Origin: a virus | Lineage: Duplodnaviria; Caudoviricetes | Virus record (IMG/VR): IMGVR_UViG_3300037454_000475 | Span: 32,001 to 96,000 of that record | Reading direction: 5' to 3' (one strand) | Length of the DNA stretch: 64,000 nucleotides | Notes under the pieces: model-generated | Databases searched by the model: none | The model's input: the letters and a program-made list of their open reading frames with translations, nothing else | What the model was told of the DNA's origin: nothing | Program-made: the position numbers and the translations under genes | Shown here: positions 44,442 to 54,511 of the stretch, in pieces | How positions within the stretch are numbered: the stretch's first letter is position 1 | Layout: the number at the start of each line of letters is the position of its first letter

Positions 44442-45100
44442 AGCAGATCCTCCAATTCTTCGCAAAGAGCCTCATCACTACGGATGGCAGCAATGATACG
44501 TTGATTGACGTAAGTGATTGCCGCGCTGGACACCTTGTACTGTTTTGCGATCTGCGTGCGGGGGACATCATCCTGCTCACCCAAGCCGAATGTTTGGAAG
44601 AAAATATCCGTATCCCGTTTTGAAAAACGGCTTGACACAAAGATACGGATGTGTTCCAATGCAGCCCCAACGGAAATCTTATCCGGGTCTACGGAAGGTT
44701 CCGGAATATTCCAGTGTTCATCACCATCCGAATCCGTCTTGGAAACGATTGGTTGATAAATGTAGGTGGGGCGACCTTCGGCCTTGGCCTTCTTCTGTTG
44801 ATAGTTTGAGAAGGTTACGATGTGGCCCTCACGGTTGGTACCGTTCATGATGAAGTAATAAATACGGTATGCCGCATACTGGAGGAATGACTGACCGGAA
44901 TCCGGCTTGTAAGTATTCATGGCGTCTGCCAATCCTTCAAAACCGAAGCCGATGATGTCATCGTAAGTCAACGGGGTTTTGTCCTTGTTTTGGTTAGCAA
45001 TCTTGTAGACCAACGGTGTATACTGGCGAGCATACTCTTCGCGTTCTGCCTGTGTGGTTGGTCGGTGAAACTGAATACTTTGGTTTCCCTTTTTATTCAT
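44438..45100 (-). CDS. RNA polymerase sigma-70 family factor
   Basis: Region 2 PLVYKIA...DDII..G.EGL..A...Y.P..G.SF..YA; region 4 HTH. Confidence 0.9.
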   Translation of the reverse strand: MNKKGNQSIQFHRPTTQAEREEYARQYTPLVYKIANQNKDKTPLTYDDIIGFGFEGLADAMNTYKPDSGQSFLQYAAYRIYYFIMNGTNREGHIVTFSNYQQKKAKAEGRPTYIYQPIVSKTDSDGDEHWNIPEPSVDPDKISVGAALEHIRIFVSSRFSKRDTDIFFQTFGLGEQDDVPRTQIAKQYKVSSAAITYVNQRIIAAIRSDEALCEELEDLL

Positions 45101-45142
45101 ATGGATATGTATTAGAGTTAATGCCTGATGTTTGATATTCTT

Positions 45143-45174
45143 CCATATATAAATGAACCTCGAAATAAATTAAC
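45143..45174 (-). promoter_or_regulatory. Putative phage promoter GTTAA-N17-TTATATATGG
   Basis: Motif with one mismatch, upstream of the sigma gene. Confidence 0.7.
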
Positions 45175-45212
45175 AAAAAATTCCGAGGTTTATTGTGTGA
45201 TTGGATAAAACC

Positions 45213-45764
45213 TTATCCTTTAATGGGTTTGTTTGGAATGCTACATATGATCTCCCAAGGAAATACATTCATGTTGATTCCGCTTGCAAACTTACACACC
45301 ATACAGGTTTTTATACCATACGGACAAGTCGGGCAGGACATTTCCAATTGCCGTGCCGTGCAATCACATGACATTGGTGATTGTGGCAATTCTATGGTTT
45401 TTGGTTCCGGCTCCGGTTCGACCTTCTTTTGTGAATCTTCTCCGGATGAAAATTGCTGACGCATACATTCCATGAGTTTTTTGCATTCGTCAATATTCTT
45501 GATAAGCCAGTCGCTGTACTTGATTATTTCCAACCGGATGTTATCGCCACATTTCTCCTGAAATTCCGCTTGTTTCTTCTTGGCGGTTTCCCATATCATT
45601 GGAACCGGTGTACCTTTATCCAAGGCGTATTCACCAACTCCCTTTTTAACGACATTTACACTGCCACCCATAATGATGTAGTGGTCTCTCTTAATGCCGG
45701 ATTCCCTTTTTAATTCGTCTTCGAATGATTTAAGGGCTTCTTTTACATCTTCGTATGTTCTCAT
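45213..45764 (-). CDS. Hypothetical protein with Cys-rich C-terminus
   Basis: CxC and CxxC clusters. Confidence 0.7.
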   Translation of the reverse strand: MRTYEDVKEALKSFEDELKRESGIKRDHYIIMGGSVNVVKKGVGEYALDKGTPVPMIWETAKKKQAEFQEKCGDNIRLEIIKYSDWLIKNIDECKKLMECMRQQFSSGEDSQKKVEPEPEPKTIELPQSPMSCDCTARQLEMSCPTCPYGIKTCMVCKFASGINMNVFPWEIICSIPNKPIKG

Positions 45765-45853
45765 GTCAATTATTCTGATTAAAAACCATTGATTCAATAA
45801 AATATATTGTTTGGCACCGGTATTTTTAATATGACGAATAAAAATATCCTGAT

Positions 45854-46474
45854 ATGAATTTAAGCCTTGCTCCGCGATTTGATCAGTTTAGGTTTGTAAT
45901 CCCAAAGGATTATATACCAACGGAGGTTCTCAATAAATATGACAGAATACTCGCCAAAAACCCAAGCACGTTCATGAGTGCAATCGATTACCTTAATGAG
46001 TCCATCAAAGGTATCTCATTACCGGCAATAGAAAACATCATTGTTGAACAGCCGCAGGTTTCCCATAATACGATGAAAGAAAATGGCTCGCTTCTTGGTA
46101 AGATCAATATAGAGCCATCTCATCCCAATGTGACCTTATCTTCCGAAAATATCCTTTCCAAGATAAACAATACGTTTACGGTTACATTCCGCCAAAATCA
46201 AGGTTTGTATAACTACTTCATGTTATATGAGAGTATATTTCATAGGTACATGAAGCCGGAACTATACCACCAAAACGATAATGAAGTATTTGACGTTGTT
46301 TTCTTGGATGAGGATAGTTTGCCGGTGTCCCGGATGATGTTATATCAGCCGGAATTTAATGGCATATCGGGTTTGGAGTTTTCGTATGATAAGGTTGAAC
46401 GCCAAACAGACACATTTGATGTCGTGTTTACCTTCAACAACATTGATTTTGATTTCATCCCGGGTAAACAATAA
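45854..46474 (+). CDS. Tail tube terminator / tail completion protein (T4 gp3-like)
   Basis: FRF.IP, F.VTF.....L.NY, ISGLEF...TF.V.F tail-tube-fold pattern. Confidence 0.6.
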   Translation: MNLSLAPRFDQFRFVIPKDYIPTEVLNKYDRILAKNPSTFMSAIDYLNESIKGISLPAIENIIVEQPQVSHNTMKENGSLLGKINIEPSHPNVTLSSENILSKINNTFTVTFRQNQGLYNYFMLYESIFHRYMKPELYHQNDNEVFDVVFLDEDSLPVSRMMLYQPEFNGISGLEFSYDKVERQTDTFDVVFTFNNIDFDFIPGKQ

Positions 46475-46490
46475 ATTCAAAGAACTTAAT

Positions 46491-46520
46491 AAAAAAGGCC
46501 CTCGCGGGCCTTTTCTTTTT
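46491..46520. terminator. Bidirectional terminator
   Basis: AAAAGGCCC-TCGC-GGGCCTTTT between convergent genes. Confidence 0.85.
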
Positions 46521-46534
46521 CGCGGTTTGTGGAG

Positions 46535-47743
46535 TTACTGTACAAACTCGAGGATGCACTTGACATTGACCTTGCGCAAAACATCATGCTCGATCTTGTA
46601 GGGCTCAACGTGTTGCATTTGGCCAACGTCCTTGTTGTAACGGACGAGTTCGTTGAATCCGGAGACTCTGACCTTACATGGGCCGGGGTGATATCCAGTG
46701 AGTTCCTCCTTCGCAACAGGAACCATACCAGTGACTCCAATGCTCGGGATCTCCACGAAGACGCCTGTCTTGTTTTGTGTGCGGCATACGCCGGTAATGT
46801 TGCCATCGTAGACGATCTTGACCTGTTCCTTCCAAGCCTTGTTGTCCTCGCAGTAATCCTTGAACATTTGGATAATGTTAAGGTCACCGAGGAAACGGAG
46901 GTATTCCTTGACGGAACATGCCACAGTGACATTGGTGGTACCCGGCTTGACAGCGAGGTTTGTGACGAACGTATCCACGTCCTTGCCATCCCACTTTTCG
47001 AAATCGGACTCGATGTTAAGTGTGATCTGTGAGCCCGGGATGAACGCCTGCATGTACATATCCTTACCGCAGAAGTCGGAGACGTTGTCGATGCGGATGT
47101 TACCAATGTAACCGGCGCGCATGTGTTGAAGGCCGCTGACCCTGGTGGTGATCGGGTGCTTCACGTTGGCTTGGATGTTGACGAGGTTGTTGATACTGGC
47201 GATGAAATCGTCCAACATGGGCTGCAACGGATCCACATAGACATTGTTGGCGTCCTTGGACATAACCTTCACCTTCACCGGATCCTTCGGAATGAATTTC
47301 TTGAAGTTCGGGAACTGGTGGAGATTCACCGTGGATACGATGGTCTCCTTGTAGGTATCCTGCTCGAACACAACACCTTTTTTGGTGATGGCCACGATAC
47401 GGAGTTCAACGACATCGCCCGGTTGGAGATCCACACAGGTGATACTTTGTAGGTGTTCCATGTTTTTCTTGGAGCCGAAAACCTTGTCCTCACCATAAAC
47501 GGCTGCGAAAGATTCCGCGATGGACTCGTTGCGGTGGAGGTTGCTGGTTTCTCGGATACGTTGCATGTCGTTTGAGGAGGTTGTCCAATCGAATCCCGGA
47601 GCGCCTTCGTCACCAAGGTTCCTGACTTTTTCGAGGGCATTCAATGCGCGATTTTTACGCGTGCTTGCAACAAATTCCTCATGTGAGCGGCGAGGCCCGC
47701 TGTGACGTGAATTGGCCGGAGAGGCCACTTGATTTTTACTCAT
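46535..47743 (-). CDS. Ribosomal protein S1-like (about 3 S1/OB domains)
   Basis: GDVVELRIVAI...GV, AFIPGSQI, GVFVEI...VTGMVP; C-ending codon bias. Confidence 0.8.
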   Translation of the reverse strand: MSKNQVASPANSRHSGPRRSHEEFVASTRKNRALNALEKVRNLGDEGAPGFDWTTSSNDMQRIRETSNLHRNESIAESFAAVYGEDKVFGSKKNMEHLQSITCVDLQPGDVVELRIVAITKKGVVFEQDTYKETIVSTVNLHQFPNFKKFIPKDPVKVKVMSKDANNVYVDPLQPMLDDFIASINNLVNIQANVKHPITTRVSGLQHMRAGYIGNIRIDNVSDFCGKDMYMQAFIPGSQITLNIESDFEKWDGKDVDTFVTNLAVKPGTTNVTVACSVKEYLRFLGDLNIIQMFKDYCEDNKAWKEQVKIVYDGNITGVCRTQNKTGVFVEIPSIGVTGMVPVAKEELTGYHPGPCKVRVSGFNELVRYNKDVGQMQHVEPYKIEHDVLRKVNVKCILEFVQ

Positions 47744-47845
47744 TCAAAAATTGTTAGAGGGTTAAACATATGTGAATTATGATTAAAAATATCAAATCCT
47801 CAAATGCTTTTAACCGAGGATTTGATATTTTTTCTTTTTCATGGG

Positions 47846-48649
47846 TTATTTGTCTTGATCCGTATTGGAATAGTATGCGTTTCTAATGGATCTCTTCGTG
47901 ATATTTGTGCATACATTATCACCGTTATTCGGGGTGAATAACCATTTGATGTAACTTGGATTGTTTTTACAAACATCCACCACCGGATATTCCTTGAACT
48001 TACCGATACGGAAACGGAGGACTCCGTCCTTATCCGTATATACGAAACCTTCAGGGGAGGTTCTCATCATATCCGTGACATAATCGTTTGATTCCTTGAT
48101 GATTTCCACACCGGTTTCCGCATCGATTGCCGTACCATGGGCTTTGAGTTGTGCCATGTATACATCAATCGTGGCATCCACATCTGCGCTGGAATCATGG
48201 GCGTTTTCGAAATCCCGGCCGTAGTAACGGCGGTATGCATCGCCAAGTTTGTTGGAGTTCACGCGGCGTTCGATGTCGAATGAATCAATAAACGAGTGTT
48301 TTTCAAATTGGGCATCAAGGCCTTCACGCTCGAACTCCCTCTGTAAGAAGCAGATATCGAACGAACTTCCGTTATACGTAAGGATCGGAAGGTCACCAAT
48401 GAGTTCCATAAGTTCCGGAAATACCTCGCGGAGGGACACACCATTTTCACGGATGAACTCCTCGGAAAGGTTATGGACGGCTTGGGCGTCCGGATTGATT
48501 TTCCATGTGCCGGATGGGAGAATGTACTTGTTTAATGAGGCGATGCGTTGACCAGTTTCACTGTCGAATACTTTACAAGATAATTGGATAACTCGGTCGG
48601 TGTTTTTGTTGAGACCGGTGGTTTCCGTATCAATACATGCGATTTTCAT
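47846..48649 (-). CDS. DEDDh 3'-5' exonuclease (Pol III epsilon-like)
   Basis: IDTETTG, YNGSSFD and AHDSSADV motifs. Confidence 0.93.
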   Translation of the reverse strand: MKIACIDTETTGLNKNTDRVIQLSCKVFDSETGQRIASLNKYILPSGTWKINPDAQAVHNLSEEFIRENGVSLREVFPELMELIGDLPILTYNGSSFDICFLQREFEREGLDAQFEKHSFIDSFDIERRVNSNKLGDAYRRYYGRDFENAHDSSADVDATIDVYMAQLKAHGTAIDAETGVEIIKESNDYVTDMMRTSPEGFVYTDKDGVLRFRIGKFKEYPVVDVCKNNPSYIKWLFTPNNGDNVCTNITKRSIRNAYYSNTDQDK

Positions 48650-48657
48650 GGTTTGTA

Positions 48658-49089
48658 TTATTTTGTTACCGATTGTTCCTCTCTATCATCACCGGTACCA
48701 TGCAGTGTGCCGGTTTCAACTCTTTTCTTACACTTGGCGAGGTTTTGATATGCCACTTCCGAAAGTTTCATGCCCAAACTATCAGCAATGGCTGCGATGT
48801 ACCAAAGGGTATCCCCAAGTTCCTTGCGGATGCCATCAAGTTCCTCGTACTTGAACATCCTACGGGCGGCGGCAATAATCAAATCATCCTTGGAAATTTT
48901 GGTACCTACATTGGCATTATTGATTTCCATGGCGAATTTATAGTAATTATCACGCCAAAACTTTTTGAGTTTATCCAGTACCTCACCGGCCTCACCGGAC
49001 AATCCGAGGGCGTAATAAAAGGGGTTATCCGGACAATCTTTGGAAAGGATGGCATCTCGTTGATAGCGGTCAAGTGTTAACTCGTTCAT
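48658..49089 (-). CDS. MazG-like NTP pyrophosphohydrolase
   Basis: LGLSGEAGEV, ELGD.LWY, NL.K...R and G.GD.R motifs. Confidence 0.92.
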   Translation of the reverse strand: MNELTLDRYQRDAILSKDCPDNPFYYALGLSGEAGEVLDKLKKFWRDNYYKFAMEINNANVGTKISKDDLIIAAARRMFKYEELDGIRKELGDTLWYIAAIADSLGMKLSEVAYQNLAKCKKRVETGTLHGTGDDREEQSVTK

Positions 49090-49165
49090 AACTGTAATGT
49101 TTGAAAGAATATATGAAAAAAGCCCCTCATTTTAATGAGAGGCTTCATGGGGCTACAAATATGGA

Positions 49166-49552
49166 TCATCTCACCATAACCACCCAGTTATTTTGAGTGT
49201 TCCAAAACTTTTCGGTTCGTATAACGGTTACAATATCGATCTGTAGTTTGTCAGGAGCGGTACCTCTATGAAGTACACATACGATATTTAGGTCAGTATT
49301 GCCATCCCGCACAATAAACCGGTCGTCTATATTTATATGATCATTAACTATATCCTCAAGAATCTTCTCGGATGCTTTACGGACGGTTTCGATGATTTCA
49401 TCATCGGAGATAAACCCTCGATTATCCGACCCATGGCGGCTTTGACGTTCACTGGCGTGAAATGTTTTGGAAATATTGATATCAAATTCCACCTTCTTTG
49501 AGAAGCTACCAATGGGTTTGGCCTCATTAATGTATTCAATAAGTGTTTTCAT
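49166..49552 (-). CDS. CTS-bearing protein with HAxER motif (possible RNase fold)
   Basis: MKTLIEYINE; KTFHASERQSR; C-terminal IVTV strand. Confidence 0.65.
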   Translation of the reverse strand: MKTLIEYINEAKPIGSFSKKVEFDINISKTFHASERQSRHGSDNRGFISDDEIIETVRKASEKILEDIVNDHINIDDRFIVRDGNTDLNIVCVLHRGTAPDKLQIDIVTVIRTEKFWNTQNNWVVMVR

Positions 49553-49621
49553 TTATCAAAATTTGTTTCGTGTTAATCATTATTATAATAACAGGTTTTA
49601 TCCTAAAGAAATGAATTCAAT

Positions 49622-50062
49622 ATGTTTCTTAATTCGTTATTAAAGAAGAAACCCCAAATATTTTCGAGCGTTCTTGGTGAAAATATTATTCATCTCGGTG
49701 CTCAAACCTTCCGTATGCCATCATGGGCGGCATATACGGTATATAGAGTAAGTAAATCGCATATTGCACGACCGGATCTTATTTCCCGTATCATGTATGG
49801 GACGGAAATATACGGGGATTTTTTATGCAAGGTTAATGGCATATCAAATCCATTTGAGATCAACGAGGACGATGTTTTAATCATTCCGAACCTTAATAAT
49901 ATGGGTGATTTCATGATGGAGGATAGTTTTAACGATACGCTGGTGGAGGATGATAGTAAGCCAAAACCAAAAACAAAGAAGGAGAAACGTAAGGCTAATG
50001 AAGCCGTTGTTGGTGATACCCGATTTAAGATTGATAAAGAAAACCATGTAATTATTTACTAA
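49622..50062 (+). CDS. Baseplate wedge / LysM-like protein (T4 gp53-like)
   Basis: RPDLIS..MYG...L...NGI.NPF.....L.IP. Confidence 0.75.
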   Translation: MFLNSLLKKKPQIFSSVLGENIIHLGAQTFRMPSWAAYTVYRVSKSHIARPDLISRIMYGTEIYGDFLCKVNGISNPFEINEDDVLIIPNLNNMGDFMMEDSFNDTLVEDDSKPKPKTKKEKRKANEAVVGDTRFKIDKENHVIIY

Positions 50063-51414
50063 TGATAGAAGTAAAACAAGATCATAAACTACAATTTCCA
50101 ACCATCGAGGTTCCAAAGTATAACGAATTGGATGATGAGGGAGCTAACATTGCAAGACAAACCAATATAGAAGGTGTGCTTGTACCGCTTTTCCGTTTCA
50201 ACAACCTCACCATCACATTCGAAATGGTTCGTATGATGAAGTTGACCTGTGATAGGGTTCCGGAAATTCGTATTGAAATCAAGGATTTCCTTGATTTGAT
50301 TAAGATTATGGATTCTCCGGGTTTGGATAATATCCTTTATATGCAAATCATACCTCCTTTTGATGATGCGTATAAGAAGATAGAACTTGCGTTTTATATC
50401 ACAAGTACGAATATCATTGGCAACATAGTTACCTTGGAAGGTACTTACTATGTCCCTAAATTATTCGATACCGTTATGAAACCGTATGGTATGATCACAT
50501 CATATGAGCTTTTTAACAACATATCGAATGATTATTCATTGGGATTTTGTTCCAATGTTGATGATTCCCCGGATGAAAGGTATGTGTATAATCCGAATAA
50601 GCCGGTTATGGAATTTATGAATGATGAGGTGGAATTTTCCGGCGAAAAGGAACATGTATTTACGTGGTGGATCGATTTTTGGAATAACATAAACTTTGTG
50701 GATCTTTTCAAGGAATACACGGAGATATGTTCCGATGAAGATATGCAAATATGGATATCCGATACGTTTAAGTCAACCGATAACGAGGAGAATAAGCCTT
50801 ACCAACAAATTGCGGCATTTAGTAACCATCCGGCATTCGTATCGTCACCAATGTATATATCCGACTACCGGCCGGTTTCCCAATCCGCCCTTATCACCGA
50901 TTGCAATTTTGAAACATATTCCATGGAGGATTTGGAGGCATCATCCACACTCATCCAAGATGGAGATGTCCATAATGATGTGTTTACAAAATACAGATAT
51001 GGTGGTGAGGTATTCGGAGATTTTAATTACTTATCCCAGCGGGCATGCCGTGATATGTTTCTCAATAAGGTCAATTCCCAATGTATCGAGGTGACCATTA
51101 AAGTGCCAATGCTTGGTTTGATTAAAGGTGATCATGTAAATGTATGGTGGTATGATATCGGTAATCAAACTGCAAAAAACATAGATACTTCGGATATCGA
51201 ATCAAATGTGGCACTACCGGAGGATCCGGAAAATAGCAGGGAAGGTGATGTGCCAATTGTTATCAACAAAACCATTTCCGGTCAATATTATATAGTTGAT
51301 ATCGAATTCAATTATATAGGTGGTATGTGTTGGGAAAATAAATACGTGTTAAGCCGTTCCGCGGAAAATATCCAACGTATAAATCCACCATCAAATGAAT
51401 CGTTTATGAGTTAA
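50062..51414 (+). CDS. Putative baseplate hub / tail protein
   Basis: Coupled to the gp53-like gene; C-terminal SGQYYI..I. Confidence 0.55.
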   Translation: MIEVKQDHKLQFPTIEVPKYNELDDEGANIARQTNIEGVLVPLFRFNNLTITFEMVRMMKLTCDRVPEIRIEIKDFLDLIKIMDSPGLDNILYMQIIPPFDDAYKKIELAFYITSTNIIGNIVTLEGTYYVPKLFDTVMKPYGMITSYELFNNISNDYSLGFCSNVDDSPDERYVYNPNKPVMEFMNDEVEFSGEKEHVFTWWIDFWNNINFVDLFKEYTEICSDEDMQIWISDTFKSTDNEENKPYQQIAAFSNHPAFVSSPMYISDYRPVSQSALITDCNFETYSMEDLEASSTLIQDGDVHNDVFTKYRYGGEVFGDFNYLSQRACRDMFLNKVNSQCIEVTIKVPMLGLIKGDHVNVWWYDIGNQTAKNIDTSDIESNVALPEDPENSREGDVPIVINKTISGQYYIVDIEFNYIGGMCWENKYVLSRSAENIQRINPPSNESFMS

Positions 51415-51415
51415 T

Positions 51416-53029
51416 ATGAGTACGTTACAATTAGGAAATAAGGACTATCAATCATTATACAACGTCCGGGAAGCATACCGTAGAGCCGGAGGTCATTCGG
51501 ATACATATGCCGGAAAGTTCAACCGTTTTGATAACCCCAATACGTATTTTTTCCGTATATTTTTTGATTTCCATAAGGGATTGCTCGATTATGAACATGA
51601 CCTTGGCAGGGCAAACGCCGATTTGGGTTACGAAACCATTTGGGATAGAAACACATATATCGCTAATTCCGCACTTAACTATTTGGTAATCAATAATGAA
51701 TGGGAACGTGCGGATATGTTAAGGGAGTTCATCCATCTCATATCGAATATAAATACGTATTCACCGTGGTATTTTGCTGAAATCGAAGGTCTCGGTGAGA
51801 TGCTTAATAGGACTGAATTTACATCCGAAGCATTTGCATTGCCCGAAATAAAGGCAATTAATATCAAATGTCTCCCGGATTCCTTCGATAACCGCATTGG
51901 TACCTTAATTGATTTATACAGGGCAATCTGCTACTCATATCAATTACATAAGGAAATCATCCCGGCCAACCTTCGTAGGTTTGATATGTATGTATACATA
52001 TTTGCCGCCAATACCCGTGGTATACATACGTTACACAAATACGTTGAAGGTGCGGATAATATTGAATCGAAAGAGCCGGTGGAGGAGAAATTTGCAACGT
52101 TTGATCAGCATTTGATTGAAGTTGATGATGATGGTTGGGTAACCAAACGTAATAATGATGCACCATACCTTACATCCTCGAAACTTATCCAGCTTTCCGG
52201 ATGTGAAATTGATTTGAACGCATCGATATCCGGATACCAGGGCGTTAAAAATGATGAAGGATTCATACAGGAATACACCATACCAATCAAGGTGCGTACC
52301 GTGATGGAACAGCGTTATAATGAATTTCTTTTGAAACGTATTGGTGACTTTGTTGTTGCCGATATGGATTTACCCGGCTCGAACGAGGAATCCGCAGGGG
52401 AGAATCGTAACCCGATATATGATAGCGATACGGCAAACCAAGCAGCAATGTTATCGCTTGAACTCAACGACCGACTTGATGAACATTTGATGAGACGAGG
52501 TATCGCAGTACCTAATCGTGGTCATGAAGAAGAATATGAATCATATAAGGAACTCCATGAAGCATCAATGCTTAATAGTAGTAAATATCGCGATCAACAT
52601 AAAACCTCTCTTCTTGATCCATGGCTTAATATGGGTAAGCAAAAACTCGACCGTCTCACCGAGCAGGCAAATCAAATGGTTAATGCCGGTAAATCCGCCC
52701 TCGAAAGCTGGACTAATATGAGTAAACTTAATGAATCCCTTGTTGGAGGTGCAAACAGTTTGATAGACCGGCTTATGTGGGGTAATTTATTCAGGCCAAA
52801 CATACAAAGTACTGTGAATGATGTATCACAGAAATTGTCCAGTGTATCCTCCGGTAATGTGATAAATCAACTTACCCGTAAAGGATGGTCTCATGAGGAT
52901 CGTACCTCACCAAGCCGTCCCGGTCAGTTAAATCAAAACCTATCACAATCGAGTAATAGTGTTTTGGGTAATCGTAAATACACCGGCAATCCTCCCGGTG
53001 GAAATATATTTGGACCAAAAACTGAATAA
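51416..53029 (+). CDS. Putative structural (tail/baseplate) protein
   Basis: 537-aa ORF in structural operon. Confidence 0.6.
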   Translation: MSTLQLGNKDYQSLYNVREAYRRAGGHSDTYAGKFNRFDNPNTYFFRIFFDFHKGLLDYEHDLGRANADLGYETIWDRNTYIANSALNYLVINNEWERADMLREFIHLISNINTYSPWYFAEIEGLGEMLNRTEFTSEAFALPEIKAINIKCLPDSFDNRIGTLIDLYRAICYSYQLHKEIIPANLRRFDMYVYIFAANTRGIHTLHKYVEGADNIESKEPVEEKFATFDQHLIEVDDDGWVTKRNNDAPYLTSSKLIQLSGCEIDLNASISGYQGVKNDEGFIQEYTIPIKVRTVMEQRYNEFLLKRIGDFVVADMDLPGSNEESAGENRNPIYDSDTANQAAMLSLELNDRLDEHLMRRGIAVPNRGHEEEYESYKELHEASMLNSSKYRDQHKTSLLDPWLNMGKQKLDRLTEQANQMVNAGKSALESWTNMSKLNESLVGGANSLIDRLMWGNLFRPNIQSTVNDVSQKLSSVSSGNVINQLTRKGWSHEDRTSPSRPGQLNQNLSQSSNSVLGNRKYTGNPPGGNIFGPKTE

Positions 53030-53036
53030 ACCGCGC

Positions 53037-53100
53037 AAAACTCGCGTATAAACGGCGATCTCCTCCGTCCCGAATAACTATATAGGGGTGGAGGAGATCT
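53037..53100. repeat. Dispersed palindromic element, copy B
   Basis: Near-identical inverted copy of 35695-35758, also at a convergent junction. Confidence 0.85.
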
Positions 53101-53136
53101 TTTATTAGGGAAAGGAAAAATGAGCTTAAATCGAAT

Positions 53137-53988
53137 TTAATTCGCAGGGTATTTGCGGGCGAAGATACGTTCCGCCCATTCCTTGATTTCCTCTTCGGTC
53201 TTTTCGGGGGCCTTTTCACGGCACCAGTCAAGCAGACCGGGCATCTTGGATTCCTTGAACGCGTTGTATTTTATCTGCTTCTCGTCCAAGATGTCATTGG
53301 TGTTCACCTTGGTGAAGGGGTACACACTGGTCAGTGCCTCGGTATCTTCAGGGTTGGTCTCGAGGATCGCAGTGAGTTGACACGAGATAGCCTTCATGGC
53401 CTCGTCCGTATCAAGGTACGCGGGGTTGATGAAGTGAATCACGTTGTCCTCACCGAGTACCTTGGCAACGATGTGGTAACCTCTGTTACGGTACACCCAC
53501 GGGCCATCCTGCTCCTTGACCAGTTCAAGGAGGGTACCGGCACCACGGTACTTACGACCACGGTTAACCATGACAGGGAGGTTCAGTTCACGGCCGATCA
53601 TATTGACGACCGGAAAATCCGGAATGTAGTGGGGGAGGTTCGTGAGGTCATGAACCACGGAGTCGAGGTATGAGTTCCAACGGTCGTTGACGAACTTGTT
53701 ATACACCTCATCGGAGATATATCCGGCTTCATGGGCATCCGGAACCATCATACGAAGGTATGAGCCGAAGTAGGGACATGCACCGGCGGTTGTCCAGCTA
53801 TCACTCGTCTGCTCGCCGGTTTCCGCATTAAGGTACCAAAACGTGCAATAGTCATCCTCATAGAGGCCGCGATAATTGAGCCCTATAAGATACAGGTTAT
53901 CCTCGGATTTGACCTTGGGGCACTCGCTTGAGCAACTGCAACCGTATAACTTGAAGATTTCGTGAGCGATGTAATTGGACTTGTTCAT
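53137..53988 (-). CDS. Hypothetical protein
   Basis: 283-aa ORF with its own promoter motif. Confidence 0.8.
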   Translation of the reverse strand: MNKSNYIAHEIFKLYGCSCSSECPKVKSEDNLYLIGLNYRGLYEDDYCTFWYLNAETGEQTSDSWTTAGACPYFGSYLRMMVPDAHEAGYISDEVYNKFVNDRWNSYLDSVVHDLTNLPHYIPDFPVVNMIGRELNLPVMVNRGRKYRGAGTLLELVKEQDGPWVYRNRGYHIVAKVLGEDNVIHFINPAYLDTDEAMKAISCQLTAILETNPEDTEALTSVYPFTKVNTNDILDEKQIKYNAFKESKMPGLLDWCREKAPEKTEEEIKEWAERIFARKYPAN

Positions 53989-54025
53989 CTTGATAGGATT
54001 TAGGGGTTAATGATTCAATTTTCAC

Positions 54026-54057
54026 CTATATATAACTGGGTGTGCCGGTATGTTAAC
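54026..54057 (-). promoter_or_regulatory. Putative phage promoter GTTAA-N17-TTATATATAG
   Basis: Exact motif. Confidence 0.8.
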
Positions 54058-54079
54058 AAATTATTTTGAAAATTTGTAA

Positions 54080-54388
54080 TTACATGGTTTCCGGCTTGCC
54101 ATTAATAAGCCGGTATCCGGCCTTGGCCATCAACTTGTTGAATTTTTCGATATCGGTATCGGAGGCCTTTTTAACATCGCGATCCTCCGGATGGAACCAA
54201 TTTGCACCCAAGGGGCTGAACATCCATTCCCACGAGTTTCCGCCTTTATGGCAGTCACATGAACTCGTGATTCTATCCTCGAGGATTTCATCGATGATCA
54301 ATATGGCATCGTATTCCAGGCAAGTGATCCTGACATAATCTCTGCTCTTGAATCCGGAAAGTTTGGTAGTGGGGTTAGTGTTACTCAT
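54080..54388 (-). CDS. Hypothetical protein
   Basis: 102-aa ORF with its own promoter motif. Confidence 0.75.
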   Translation of the reverse strand: MSNTNPTTKLSGFKSRDYVRITCLEYDAILIIDEILEDRITSSCDCHKGGNSWEWMFSPLGANWFHPEDRDVKKASDTDIEKFNKLMAKAGYRLINGKPETM

Positions 54389-54426
54389 CTTGATATGGTT
54401 TTAAGGGTTATTTATTCATTTTCCAC

Positions 54427-54458
54427 CTATATATAAAGGGGATCGTTAGCATCTTAAC
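54427..54458 (-). promoter_or_regulatory. Putative phage promoter GTTAA-N17-TTATATATAG
   Basis: Exact motif. Confidence 0.8.
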
Positions 54459-54511
54459 AATCCCCTTTGAATTTTTTGAAAATGTTGGATTTACAATTCA
54501 CGAATCATAAA

